Below, piece by piece: positions 19,297 to 29,798 of a stretch of DNA of 45,399 bases (position 1 is its first letter; every line of letters begins with the position of its first letter). A program made the position numbers and the translations under genes. The DNA comes from Thermoproteota archaeon. Lineage in GTDB: Archaea; Thermoproteota; Nitrososphaeria; Nitrososphaerales; Nitrososphaeraceae. The DNA lies in the NCBI GenBank assembly GCA_046728425.1, contig JBKPEN010000003.1, forward strand, positions 1-45,399. Reading direction: 5' to 3'. A model generated the notes under the pieces. It was not told the DNA's origin. It saw nothing but the letters and a program-made list of their open reading frames with translations, and ran no database searches.

Positions 19297-19428
19297 CCCT
19301 CATGTACTGATAGAATTCTTCGATAATTTGGCATTCTTCCGATTCGGCACAGTCTGAATCCTTGATAGTAGTGTTGATAGCTTAGTAGGCTTACCGCTAG
19401 GTTTCAGGCCTCCTTGCCTGTTCTTCAT
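19283..19428 (-). pseudogene. Frameshifted N-terminal stub of a thaumarchaeal tyrosine integrase
   Basis: KPTKLSTLLSRIQTVPNRKNAK, then IEEFYQYMRE after a 1-nt shift near 19324; resembles, from recall, the N-terminus of Nitrososphaera integrases; lies about 85 nt from the tRNA 3' end. Confidence 0.6.
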
Positions 19429-19512
19429 GCTTAATGTCAGGAATTAACATATTCACTATTGATGTCTCGTACAGAAAATACGACTTTGCAGTATTTGAAC
19501 CCATATAATTAG

Positions 19513-19585
19513 TGGACTGGGCGGGATTTGAACCCGCGACCTCTCGCTTGCGAAGCGAGCATTACTACCCCTGAACTACCAGCCC
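19513..19585 (-). tRNA. tRNA-Ala (CGC), intronless, CCA not encoded
   Basis: GGGCTGG/CCAGTCC acceptor stem with G3:U70; anticodon arm CTCGC-TTCGCAA-GCGAG; T-arm GCGGG-TTCAAAT-CCCGC. Confidence 0.97.
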
Positions 19586-19678
19586 CCTCCTCTAGCTATC
19601 CAGCCTCATAAATCCAAATATAAAACATCCACGTTGGGCATAAGATATTATGGTGCTGACCAATGTATGAGGGGCTAG

Positions 19679-21106
19679 ATGCACAACTCCTGTGATCTTC
19701 TAATCACCAACGCTTCTGCGGTAGTTCCTAGAGTGGGAGTAATATCTAATACAAATATAATGATCGAGGATGGCAAAATAAAGTCACTTGCTAGTTCAGT
19801 TAGCAATGTTTCTGCTTCAAGAAAAGTAGATGCTGCTGGAAAATATGTGCTGCCTGGCGCAATCGATCCGCATGTGCATTACGGTGTCTATACCCCAATC
19901 AACGAAGCTGCAAGGACAGAGTCGAGATCGGCAGCTGTAGGTGGCGTCACTACAATGATAAGGATGCTGAGGCTTTTTGACAGCTATAGCAATAGTAACA
20001 TAATCAAACAATTGCGTGCAAGTAAAGACAATCATTATATCGATTACTCTGTCCACGCCTCGATCCTCCAACCGGATCAAGTCAGGGATATCTCCTACCT
20101 CAAGGAGCTTGGAATTAATTCAGTAAAAGTTTACATGAATCTAGGAGCTGACCTCAATCGCATCCATATGGATTTGGAGCCAGAGACCTATCAATTAAGG
20201 GATGGACTAGTCAACATGACAGATGAATTATTGTCTTCAATTGTAAAGGAGTGTACAAATCATCATTCCACAATGTTAGTGCATGCAGAAGATCCTGCGG
20301 TTTGTTCTGAGCATATCCGCAAAGCAAAACAAAAAGGAATGGCCTATCTTGAGGCATGGTCTTATTGCAGGCCTTCATATTCTGAAGTGCAAAGTATTGC
20401 CAAGATCTCGGGCCTTGGAAGAATGAGTGGTAATGCCAACCTGTACTTTGTGCATATCGGCTCAACTGCTGCAATTGACGCGATACTTGCAGAGAGGGAG
20501 AAGGGACAATCCAATTACTATATTGAAACTTGCCCCCACTACTTGACACATACCACAGAGTTTGGAAACTCGATAGGTAAGGTGACGCCGCCGATACGTT
20601 CGAAAAGCGATCTCCAAAGCATGTGGTCTTCCTTGCGAAATGGCATAATCGATACAATTGGTACCGACCACGTTGCCAATCGACTAGAAATGAAAATGGG
20701 AAAAGGCGATATCTGGTCAGCTCTTTCCGGCTTTCCGGGCATTGCTACGATGTTGCCGGTACTTTTGACCAAAGGCGTGAATGAGGACAGAATCGGTATC
20801 GAGAGGCTAGCCGAAGTCACGAGCTACAACACGGCAAGGATATTTGGCTTGTACCCCAAGAAAGGCACCATCCAACCAGGCTCGGATGCAGACTTGACAA
20901 TAGTTGACCTCGATCTTGAAAAGACTGTTACCCCTGAGCTGCTCCAGTCGTACTCTGATTACACAATTTACGATGGTTGGAAGTTGCGCGGGTGGCCTGT
21001 CATGACAATTGTAAGAGGCAGCATCATCATGGAAGATGGGCAGGTAGCCAACGAAGCACTTGGGCATGGAGAGTTCATTGCACGACCGGTCGTGGCTATC
21101 ACTTAG
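19679..21106 (+). CDS. Cyclic amidohydrolase (dihydroorotase/allantoinase/hydantoinase family)
   Basis: LPGAIDPHVH, AAVGGVTT, KVYM, VHAED, FVHI, ETCPHYL, GTDH, KGTIQPGSDADL; substrate cannot be resolved from sequence. Confidence 0.9.
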   Translation: MHNSCDLLITNASAVVPRVGVISNTNIMIEDGKIKSLASSVSNVSASRKVDAAGKYVLPGAIDPHVHYGVYTPINEAARTESRSAAVGGVTTMIRMLRLFDSYSNSNIIKQLRASKDNHYIDYSVHASILQPDQVRDISYLKELGINSVKVYMNLGADLNRIHMDLEPETYQLRDGLVNMTDELLSSIVKECTNHHSTMLVHAEDPAVCSEHIRKAKQKGMAYLEAWSYCRPSYSEVQSIAKISGLGRMSGNANLYFVHIGSTAAIDAILAEREKGQSNYYIETCPHYLTHTTEFGNSIGKVTPPIRSKSDLQSMWSSLRNGIIDTIGTDHVANRLEMKMGKGDIWSALSGFPGIATMLPVLLTKGVNEDRIGIERLAEVTSYNTARIFGLYPKKGTIQPGSDADLTIVDLDLEKTVTPELLQSYSDYTIYDGWKLRGWPVMTIVRGSIIMEDGQVANEALGHGEFIARPVVAIT

Positions 21107-21559
21107 TAATTTTGGCGCTTTCCTTCTATTGCAAGCTTCTATTCGTATTTTGATAACCAGGTAAAGGTAACGAAAATGAACCACCAAGGCAGCGAAACCG
21201 TAGGGTCCACCTCTTTTAAAATAGACACTAGCACTGGGTTACAGGCTTGTAACTGGAATGGTTGCCGCACTTAGGATATGGTCTTCCAGATCATGGGGAA
21301 TAGAAAAGCTCGCTTAGAATAAAGCTGAGACTATCTTAAATGTGGTAGAACAAGGCAAGATTGTGCACTTGCACTCCTATATAATTCATGAAGATTCTAC
21401 TACACCGATCATCGGTTCGTTCAAAATTCTTCAATAAGCCAAAACTGATTCGAATTTTTTTACCTTTGGAGCGTTGATGGTTTCCATGAGCTATGCTTTG
21501 CACTTCTCAAGCGGTGTCTATACTAAGACAATATTGCAAAATGTTCAAAGATATTAATT

Positions 21560-22237
21560 CTACTTAAACGATATCGTCTCAAATGACCCATCGTTTTTGG
21601 CCTTATAGTAGATGTCTGCCCTTCTTGTGAAGAGTCCTGCTTCAAGTACCCCGGCAATATTCTTCAGCTCAACCTCCATTTTTTTTGCATGAGTTATTGA
21701 AGGAAAAGAGGTATCCAAAATGAGGTTTCCGTTTTCAGTCACAAAAGGGTAGCCTTTGTCAAGTGTGCGAAGCACCGGCTGCCCCCCCATTTTTACCAGT
21801 TTTTGCCAGACTACTGAGCGTGCCATTGGGTGTACTTCTATAGGTACTGGCCGGCTGAAAGACTGCACAAACTTCGCGGCGTCAGCCACTATTACTACTT
21901 TTTTCGCTGCAGAAATTAGGATTTTTTCTCTCAAAAGTGCTCCGCCCCCTCCCTTTATCATATTAAATTTACCATCTATCTGATCAGCGCCATCAAATAC
22001 AATGTCTGTATGTGAAATCATATTTTCGTTAGCCATCCTGAGAGAGCTTTTTTCTGCTTCCAGTTTGATTTGTAAAGAAGTTGGCATAAATTCAACTGAT
22101 TCTTTATCTCGAAGTTTTGCCATCTCCCTTACAATGAGGGCAACTGTGCTTCCGCTACCTAACCCAACCACCTTCGCACCTTCAACGAGTTTAACTGCTT
22201 CTTTGGCTAGCTTTTGTATTGAATCTTGCAAAGACAA
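21560..22237 (-). CDS. rpiA: Ribose-5-phosphate isomerase A
   Basis: VGLGSGST, DGADQID, IKGGGGALLREK, VTENGNLILD, GVLEAGLF. Confidence 0.96.
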   Translation of the reverse strand: MSLQDSIQKLAKEAVKLVEGAKVVGLGSGSTVALIVREMAKLRDKESVEFMPTSLQIKLEAEKSSLRMANENMISHTDIVFDGADQIDGKFNMIKGGGGALLREKILISAAKKVVIVADAAKFVQSFSRPVPIEVHPMARSVVWQKLVKMGGQPVLRTLDKGYPFVTENGNLILDTSFPSITHAKKMEVELKNIAGVLEAGLFTRRADIYYKAKNDGSFETISFK

Positions 22238-22447
22238 TGGATAATCTCACTGTTTTGATGTTTATAAAATAAATAATTGTTGCAGCCTATGGAAAGGAAG
22301 AGATTTGACATGCCAGAAGGATTACTCCAGCTCCTAGTTGTTAAATATGACCTTAGGTTGCTTGAAAAGCTGTCTAAGCTTTAACCTCTTCCGGTGTATC
22401 GACTACAGAATTGGTAGATACGATACGATACAATAAAAAAAGAAGTA

Positions 22448-22780
22448 TCACCCCTTAGGGGTCTTCCTTAAGTCAAACCGGGGTTGTCCATTTATGCCTG
22501 GGTTCAGGTATCTGCTTGAAAGATATTTTGTGATGTCGCCCACGCCTGATACATATCTAGCATGTTTGTCTATGCGAGTTCCGCCTATAATATCCGAAAT
22601 GTTGTCCTCCTGATCGGTTTGGCCAACAATTTCGCAAAAAATGCTAGCTGGATGACATATTGCCTGTAACTGGGTGCCCTTCTTAGTCCATCGTAAAGTC
22701 CCTGGGTCTGAATCAATAGACCTCTCCCATGAAGGGTCGTTTTCTACAAGCCATCTGGGGATTCTGCGATCGCTTTGCAC
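22448..22780 (-). CDS. Hypothetical protein
   Basis: 110-aa ORF with AT-rich upstream region; no recognised motif. Confidence 0.55.
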   Translation of the reverse strand: MQSDRRIPRWLVENDPSWERSIDSDPGTLRWTKKGTQLQAICHPASIFCEIVGQTDQEDNISDIIGGTRIDKHARYVSGVGDITKYLSSRYLNPGINGQPRFDLRKTPKG

Positions 22781-23666
22781 TATCTTGACATCTGCTGTTA
22801 ATCAATTTATTGCTTTTGTTTAAAAATTTAACTATTGATTCTCTATATTCCTAAAAGTTGAGTGTTATTACCTAGTGTGGCAATATGAGATATGACATAT
22901 TATGGTTACAATGGAAAGAATGCCGTAGTAGTAATAGATGAAGACATGGCTTCCTTGGGTTAGCCTAAATGAATACGTTGGTATGAAAGGAATGCCATTA
23001 TTTTTTAGTTAAGCGGTAATGCGAAAAAGGTTCACGATTGTGGAATGTTGAAGTTTGTGCTTTGAAGTCTCCTGTGGCAGGAGTTTTTGCCTTCCTCTAC
23101 TTCATGATATTTGGTATGCCCTACAAATAATCTCATGCAATAAATGCATTAGCCAACTCAGGCTAATTCATAGGCCATTATGACGAATAGCTCAAAAATG
23201 GCAGCGTTATAATATAAGTAAAGCCGTGGCAGTTCATCGGTTAGCTTTGAACGTTTCCTTGATGACCTTCTACACTGTGACTTGATTCATCTGCTGTTGC
23301 TTCTTTCGGTAAAGGAAATGTCCAGAACCCGTGTATCCCTCAGGGGGAGATATTAAAGTTTGACTCTTCACGTGCCCAAAGATATGATGAAGTTGTTAAC
23401 ATGAACTTATCATCCATACATATATAATACGTGCATTCCACCAAAATGAGACTAGAGGATGCGAAAACGTGAGACCCGAAAAACTCATGCTTATAGTGCT
23501 CAGAGATCGGGTAGCAAAAAATATGCCAAAGTAGAAAGGCGCAGCCGTAGGAAGCCGAGATGATTATTTATATTTCTTATTATCAACATTGGGATGCCAT
23601 AAACTTTATATAATAGAATAAAATATTTAAACAGGCGGGGTAGGATGCCAAAGATTCGGTGAGATT

Positions 23667-24581
23667 ATGGTCAAAGATATTTCCATGTTTGGTGATCGCT
23701 GCCCTCGATGCGGCAGAGGTTCGATGGTAACTGATAATTCTAGCGGGGAGATGTTTTGCGGTAATTGTGGTTTTGTCGTAAGTGAAAGAATAGAGGAATT
23801 GGGGCCTGAATGGCGCGCCTTCTCAAAAGAAGAGCACGAAGATAGAAGCAGAACCGGCATTCCAACATCCCTTGCCATGCATGATATGGGACTTGCAACT
23901 ATTATTGGTCCTGTAGACAAAGATGCATCAGGTAAGCCTCTCTCAGCCTCAATGAAGAGCACTATTGAAAGGCTGAGGACGTGGGATAGCCGAAGCCAGG
24001 TGCACGAACCGGTCGATCGCAACTTTCGGCAGGCATTTTCTGAGCTCGATAGGCTCAAAGATAAACTTGCTGTCGGGGATGCAGTCATCGAAAAAGCAGC
24101 ATATGTCTATCGCAAGGCGCTTGAGAAGGGTCTTGTGCGTGGGCGCTCTATATCTGCCTTGGTAGCAGCTGCTCTGTATGCTGCATGCCGCGACACCGAG
24201 ACTCCCAGGACCCTTAAAGACATTGCAAATGCAAGCAATATCAAGAAAAAGGATGTAGCAAGGTGCTATCGATTACTCATAAGAGAGTTAGATCTTAAGA
24301 TGCCTGTAGTTGATCCTGTAAAGTGTGTCGCGAGGATTGCAAGCAAAGCTGGCCTGTCAGAGAGGACAAAACGCAAGGCGCTTGAAATCCTGAAAAAAGC
24401 AGAAGAAGGCAAAATCTCGGCTGGCAAGGACCCTATGGGTCTGGCTGCAGCGGCTCTTTATGTTGCGTGCGTAATGAATGGTGAAAACAAGACCCAAAAA
24501 GATGTGGCAGAAGCGGCTGGTGTCACAGAGGTGACGATCAGGAATCGCTACAAGGGCCTCAAGACCCACCTCAGACTCTAA
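23667..24581 (+). CDS. tfb: Transcription initiation factor IIB (TFB), canonical type
   Basis: CPRCG...GEMFCGNCG, GPEWRAF, HDMGLATII, RGRSI, AGKDPMGLAAAALY, GVTEVTIRNRYK; TTTATATA box at about 23605. Confidence 0.97.
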   Translation: MVKDISMFGDRCPRCGRGSMVTDNSSGEMFCGNCGFVVSERIEELGPEWRAFSKEEHEDRSRTGIPTSLAMHDMGLATIIGPVDKDASGKPLSASMKSTIERLRTWDSRSQVHEPVDRNFRQAFSELDRLKDKLAVGDAVIEKAAYVYRKALEKGLVRGRSISALVAAALYAACRDTETPRTLKDIANASNIKKKDVARCYRLLIRELDLKMPVVDPVKCVARIASKAGLSERTKRKALEILKKAEEGKISAGKDPMGLAAAALYVACVMNGENKTQKDVAEAAGVTEVTIRNRYKGLKTHLRL

Positions 24582-25023
24582 GAGAATCAACTAGCTTTTT
24601 TCTTTCTTCAATCAATCCTTCCATAGTATCTATCAAACCAGATATTTTTACCGAATTTAATTCAGATTCGATCATCCCAAGACAAATGACAATGTCTGCG
24701 TCTATTGACAGTAGCCGATCAAGTTCCTTTTCTCGCAATATGCCGTTTGGCGTAAGTACCTTGGTGTAACTTTCTGACATCGCCTGCGAAATCTTTGCGC
24801 CGAGGTCTTCAAGCTTGCTATTTGGTTTAAACGACTTTTTTATCGCATTTACCTTTGTCTTTATATTGTGGTTGGTGAGCCTATCAAGGGCACGCATCTC
24901 AACGTAACTTGATCTACCAGTAGTGATTCCTTTTTGTGCTATAGAAGCAATACGCACCGTTTCATCAACACGGCTCTCCAGCCTTCGCTGTCCTCTAAAG
25001 TTATTCCTGGGCACCAAACACAC
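24571..25023 (-). CDS. Hypothetical protein
   Basis: About 150-aa helical ORF downstream of aIF1, convergent with and overlapping the tfb 3' end. Confidence 0.7.
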   Translation of the reverse strand: MCLVPRNNFRGQRRLESRVDETVRIASIAQKGITTGRSSYVEMRALDRLTNHNIKTKVNAIKKSFKPNSKLEDLGAKISQAMSESYTKVLTPNGILREKELDRLLSIDADIVICLGMIESELNSVKISGLIDTMEGLIEERKKLVDSLRV

Positions 25024-25087
25024 TCTACTCCGGCCGGTTTAAATGCCTTCGTATGGAGATAATTAAGCGACAGCTCTGCAAAAACCA

Positions 25088-25396
25088 TTACTGAACTTCG
25101 ATGGCTTGCTCGTTAAATCCCATCTTGAGCAGATACCCCTTGACATCGTCTCTGTGGTCGCCTTGCAACATAATAAAACCTTCTTTTACCGTTCCGCCAC
25201 AGGCAAATGTGCTTTTAAGCTCCTTGACTATTTTAGGCATGTCGCTTTGCTTTGGGTTGATGCCTTCTATGATAGTGCTGGTTTTTGAAAAACGCCTTGT
25301 TTCAAGGCGGATGACGATTCGTGCCTCTTCCTTATCCAATTCTCCGCAAGCACACAAATCGTCAGGAAGACCGCACTTTTTACAGATAACCGCCAT
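25088..25396 (-). CDS. sui1: Translation initiation factor aIF1 (SUI1/YciH)
   Basis: MAVICKKCGLPDDLCAC, IRLETRRFSK, ELKSTFACGGT, LQGDHR. Confidence 0.95.
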   Translation of the reverse strand: MAVICKKCGLPDDLCACGELDKEEARIVIRLETRRFSKTSTIIEGINPKQSDMPKIVKELKSTFACGGTVKEGFIMLQGDHRDDVKGYLLKMGFNEQAIEVQ

Positions 25397-25786
25397 CGGG
25401 TAGGCATTTTTCACAAGTCATGTTAATAAATCTTTTATGAATTAAAAATATAAGAATTTTTTTTAATTTATTCACTACCTCTAATGTAATCTGTCATCCC
25501 AAAATCTGCAAATACTTGTTTTCATCCTTTCATCACGATTAGAAATGACGGGGGCGATACAATAGAAGATGAGAATCAATAATGTCTCTCTCACTTCTTT
25601 CCCTGAATAGATTATATTTATATTTTATCGGATGGTGCTCTATCGAGCTATGCAAAATGAAAAGTACACTCTGCAAAGCAATAATAAAAGAATGCAACAG
25701 ATCATGTCAGGGTTTTTCCTTTTTATCGATAAATACTATATTAACAAATACAATCTACATAATGAAGAGGACGGCTCCCCAAACTT

Positions 25787-26080
25787 ATGACTAAGTCATT
25801 CATATTGATAGAGGTGGACGAGGATCTAAGGAAAGTAGTAAAAGATGCTATCGAAAGGCATCCCGCCGTTTCAGGTGTGTATACAGTTGTTGATGGCGGT
25901 GATGAGGAGAGCATGATCTATGATATAGTCGTGGAGGTTGAAGCAGACTCAAGGAGAGATCTTGATAATGCAGAGTCGGAAATACGAACTCGTAAAGAAG
26001 TTAGGTCTACACTAACTCTTGAGGTTATAGAAAAAGATGATACAGCGATTAGGAGGAAGAATAAATCATTGCAAATCTGA
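25787..26080 (+). CDS. Stand-alone Lrp/AsnC ligand-binding (RAM) domain protein
   Basis: KSFILIEV...V..VYTV...YDIVVEVEA...IR....VRSTLTL. Confidence 0.8.
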   Translation: MTKSFILIEVDEDLRKVVKDAIERHPAVSGVYTVVDGGDEESMIYDIVVEVEADSRRDLDNAESEIRTRKEVRSTLTLEVIEKDDTAIRRKNKSLQI

Positions 26081-26515
26081 TCAAATTCTTTTTCAAACAC
26101 CGTTCAGAGTAAGGAGTATACGACTAAATCGTCTGATTACCTGAGATGAATATACCGAAGCCAGTTATGACCAATTGCGTATGCAATTAATCATTCGTTC
26201 CCCGCTACATATCCTCTTGACTGCATTTTCTGACGCTTTTTTCTATACACAGAACAAAAGCGAAATCCTAAAAATCGCAATAGAGGCATTGATATAATTT
26301 TCTATTGATAAAGGAATGTCAACAAGGTTGGCTTACTGCCCGGTTTTTCTTTAACCAGTTAAATAATGCGCGATGCCCCATTATCTAACCACAGTGACAA
26401 AGTTATGAATGCACCTTGCAGATACAATTGGCCACGTGTCCCCTGACCCAATTAGAATAAGTCAAAAAGGGACTGAAGCATAAAGAAAAAATTTGTCAGC
26501 ATCAAATATTAAAGC

Positions 26516-26902
26516 ATGGCTTCATCTGAAGATACTGCCAATAGAATCAAGACGGGAGCATCTCTTTTAGCAAACGGAGGAACACTTACTAGCGACCCAT
26601 GCCCTAAATGTAGCGGAGTCCAAGTGCGCTTTGGAGACAAGATTACTTGCATCAATTGTAGCAATGAGACAATAACAACAACAGCAGCAAGCGTTAAGCC
26701 AAAGGCAGATCAAGACAAGGTAGTACCACCAGCACGAAGATCGGCAGTTCTGGCATCAGCTATATCTGTAATTGAAGAAAAGATCGAGTCGCTGGTATCA
26801 GAGATAAGAGTAGAGAATGACATTTCAATGCAGAGACAAAAGGCCGATCTTCTGGACAGGTATCTTGGGATTTTGGAAAAGGCTAAGAATCTTTTAGAAT
26901 GA
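26516..26902 (+). CDS. Sjogren's/scleroderma autoantigen 1 (UPF0148-like) zinc-ribbon protein
   Basis: GASLLANGGTLTSDPCPKCSG...CINC plus C-terminal coiled coil. Confidence 0.85.
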   Translation: MASSEDTANRIKTGASLLANGGTLTSDPCPKCSGVQVRFGDKITCINCSNETITTTAASVKPKADQDKVVPPARRSAVLASAISVIEEKIESLVSEIRVENDISMQRQKADLLDRYLGILEKAKNLLE

Positions 26903-26944
26903 TCGGCGGAATGTATTTAAGCGCATATGCATAAGTTGCTATCA

Positions 26945-27118
26945 ATGAGCAGTAGTAAGAAAAAAAATGCTCCGCTTCCGGCATCGAGCGCCGGCCTTTT
27001 GAGGTTTTTTGAAGACGAGACAAGAGGCGTCAAGATCAGGCCGGAAATTGTGATGGGGATAACTGGTGCTGTTGCCGGAGCATCAATTCTGATAAGAATT
27101 CTGTTCCCCGTCGGTTGA
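26945..27118 (+). CDS. secG: Preprotein translocase subunit Sec61beta
   Basis: APLPASSAGLLRFFEDETRGVKIRPE followed by a C-terminal TM helix. Confidence 0.93.
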   Translation: MSSSKKKNAPLPASSAGLLRFFEDETRGVKIRPEIVMGITGAVAGASILIRILFPVG

Positions 27119-28890
27119 ATAGGATGCTTGCGCCGCGGCACGATGATGTATCAAACATTCACAGGCACTGGTCTGTCACCAGAATAAATCCTTACTCTTC
27201 TAGAGTATCATATGCTATCTGGCTGGGATGCGCGCTACTCATTGTTGTTGTATCGCACGTTTACAACCTTCAGGCAGGGATCGCAAGCCTTGCGCTGTAT
27301 ATCCCTCTTAGTGTAGCAGCGCTTGTGGGCTCTCATTTCCTTGACTATCTTGCACTCCGAGGTGTTCCGGTGCACAAATTTTCCAAAATTGCACACGTTT
27401 CTGCATTCGCTAACGTATTTTGGTTACTCACTATTCTTTTAGGAATCGCCGCGGATTTTGTATTTTCCAAGCCTCCATCAATAGACTATATTGTCGTAGG
27501 CATGCTCCTTGCAGTGGGATTTAGAATGAGTTTATTCGTTTCAGTATTTGGAGCCAGCACAGCTAGGGGTATATCAGTGTCGTTTATACAACCTGTCATC
27601 TTTTTCTTTGCGTTCATGCCTCCATCTTCTTACCATTCAATTGTGAGTCAAAGTTACTCAGGCTTTGTGTTTGGGTCAATCCTACTAGCAATTGCCATTG
27701 TCTGGACTGCCATCGCAGATAGGGCCGGCAGACCTGCGGTAAAGAGCACATTTGGACTACTTCGCGCTTTTCTCGTAGCGTGGTCAGAAAACAAAGTAGA
27801 TACGATCGAAGAACTAATGGAAGCAAGATCACATGAAAATCTTGTAACAACAAAGGTCATCTATTTCCTTTTTGCAGGCAACCAGGCGGCTATAGTACTG
27901 CCAGATGTACACCCGGGTCCCTTTAGCATGGTAGGCGGAAGTAACCTGCCCTATGTTCTTTACGAAAAGTTCTCAAAAAGGGCTCTGGTAATGCATAGCG
28001 TCTCTGACCATTCGCTTAACATTCCTTCCAAAAAAGAAGTAGAGAAATATGTCAAAGGCCTAGGACAAATGACAACAAAGGCAATAGGGGATACATGCAG
28101 CGCGCCTGTACAAGTGAGGATAAACAACTCTACTTCAACTGGAATTGCATTTGGCAATACTGCAATAGTCATGCTGTCGCTTGCCCCCCGGGGCATGGAA
28201 GACATTCCTCAGGCAGTGAGTAGTGAACTTGAATCCTTTGGCACAGCAATTGGATTTTCTGACGTTTTGGTAGTAGACTGCCATAATGCAATGGGCAAAC
28301 ATCTCGACGATTCTAATAGAAACGATCTTATCGCGTCTGCAAAGCAATGCTTGGACCAATTGAAAAAACAACCTCAAAAGAATTTCAAGGTAGGCTTTGC
28401 TAGCTTAGATGATGTGAATTACAGAGTAGACCGCACAGACGAATTAGGACAAGGCGGACTTGCGGTACTTCTCTTAAGTATGGATAACAAAAACTATGTC
28501 ATTGGATGGGCAGACTCAAACAATATGGAGAATACAGCTCGTGACTACATCGTCTCCAAAATAAACAACAGTAATGCAACTATGCTGGAGCTATGCAGTT
28601 CTGATACGCACTCAACCTCAGGCAAGAGGACAAGAGAAGGATATTTTGCCCTAGGAACTACCTCTAGTCTAGAAAAGATTGCTGCAGCGTATAACCATCT
28701 CTGCTCAAGGGCAGCAGAGGTGGCCGCTGAATCTACATTTGAGCTAGCTTCGGCTCAATCAGCCACAAAGGTGATGGGCAAAAAGCAGTTTGAAGATTAC
28801 TCTAGCGCACTTGACAGATCAGTGAATGTAACTAAAATCTTTATTGCAATCACTATTGCAAGCTTTATTGCTATGCTAGCCTTATCCTAG
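27115..28890 (+). CDS. DUF2070 family membrane protein
   Basis: N-terminal multi-TM region; PDVHPGPF..VGGSNLP, VDCHN, DSNNM, SDTH motifs. Confidence 0.88.
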   Translation: MNRMLAPRHDDVSNIHRHWSVTRINPYSSRVSYAIWLGCALLIVVVSHVYNLQAGIASLALYIPLSVAALVGSHFLDYLALRGVPVHKFSKIAHVSAFANVFWLLTILLGIAADFVFSKPPSIDYIVVGMLLAVGFRMSLFVSVFGASTARGISVSFIQPVIFFFAFMPPSSYHSIVSQSYSGFVFGSILLAIAIVWTAIADRAGRPAVKSTFGLLRAFLVAWSENKVDTIEELMEARSHENLVTTKVIYFLFAGNQAAIVLPDVHPGPFSMVGGSNLPYVLYEKFSKRALVMHSVSDHSLNIPSKKEVEKYVKGLGQMTTKAIGDTCSAPVQVRINNSTSTGIAFGNTAIVMLSLAPRGMEDIPQAVSSELESFGTAIGFSDVLVVDCHNAMGKHLDDSNRNDLIASAKQCLDQLKKQPQKNFKVGFASLDDVNYRVDRTDELGQGGLAVLLLSMDNKNYVIGWADSNNMENTARDYIVSKINNSNATMLELCSSDTHSTSGKRTREGYFALGTTSSLEKIAAAYNHLCSRAAEVAAESTFELASAQSATKVMGKKQFEDYSSALDRSVNVTKIFIAITIASFIAMLALS

Positions 28891-29537
28891 CTGCTCGAAG
28901 CAGAGGCTACATACATTTCAGGCAAAAAGCCTTTTACATCCATTAGAAAAGATCTGAACTTGTGTATCGGCACAAGCGGAACTGCGTTGATAAACCTTAC
29001 TGAGTCGGCATGCAAGGTCAGCATCACGGGAACGACCTGAGATATCGTCTCCTCATGCTTGATTAGGCGCTCAGCCCGAACTGCCTGCTTTTGTGAAAAA
29101 TTTGATATCGATGACAGGTTATTCCGTTTCCAGTGCTTGCAGTCGACTGCTATTGTAAAACCATCTGAACCGGTACCAACTACGTCAATTTCCATCCGGG
29201 GTTTAGCAAATCTAACATTAGTCTTAGTTCTGTACCCAAAAGATCTCAGAACTTCAGATGCCAACTTCTCAAAATCCTTCCAAGAAAGGTATGTCGATAC
29301 CTTCTCTATGTCGCCTCTCAGCTGGAGTGCAAGCACCGCAGCGTGAATCCTGTCAGATCCTGAAAATCTAACCATGTCATTAGAAACAGAACCAATGTTA
29401 TTTACTTCTAAATAATCAAGCAGCGTTTTTGCAACTGACCTACTAGAGATAGCACAGGCCTGCTGAAATTTATCAACGGGGATAACCTTTTCCGGTTCTA
29501 TCGCTGCAAGTACCTTGACTAGCAAATCAGCATGCAT
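28887..29537 (-). CDS. PD-(D/E)xK restriction-endonuclease-like protein (Mrr-cat/NERD-like)
   Basis: LSWKDFEKL...GY...NVRF...EIDVV...VDCKHW; likely start ATG 29537 (the track extends to 29591). Confidence 0.8.
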   Translation of the reverse strand: MHADLLVKVLAAIEPEKVIPVDKFQQACAISSRSVAKTLLDYLEVNNIGSVSNDMVRFSGSDRIHAAVLALQLRGDIEKVSTYLSWKDFEKLASEVLRSFGYRTKTNVRFAKPRMEIDVVGTGSDGFTIAVDCKHWKRNNLSSISNFSQKQAVRAERLIKHEETISQVVPVMLTLHADSVRFINAVPLVPIHKFRSFLMDVKGFLPEMYVASASSS

Positions 29538-29798
29538 ATAGAGGGTACACATCTGTCCTGTCAATACATTTGATATATTTAACCCGTGCAACTAATAGCA
29601 GAGATCACAACCTGGTGTTTTTTGTGTGGCATAATATTATAAGTCGTTTTGTCGGCTATTTGAGAGATCATTCCAATTTCTACAAGCGCACCTTCTAGAT
29701 TTCAAGTTATCAGTGAGAATAAGCAAAAAAATGTGCACAATATTCTGCCAACAAGGAAGACCACAGCAAAGACTGCCTTGATAAGTTCTCTTCTCAGT

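Larger units (their letters stand above)
15399..19531. mobile_element. Decayed integrative element / genomic island at tRNA-Ala(CGC)
   Basis: 19-bp terminal direct repeats, elevated GC cargo, several gene fragments and an integrase-like stub next to the tRNA. Confidence 0.85.

Noticed and set aside
23241-23417. Minus-strand frame with a single in-frame TGA at 23340-23342 (possible selenocysteine or readthrough)
   Set aside because: No redox motif or SECIS-like element seen, and selenocysteine is not established in this lineage
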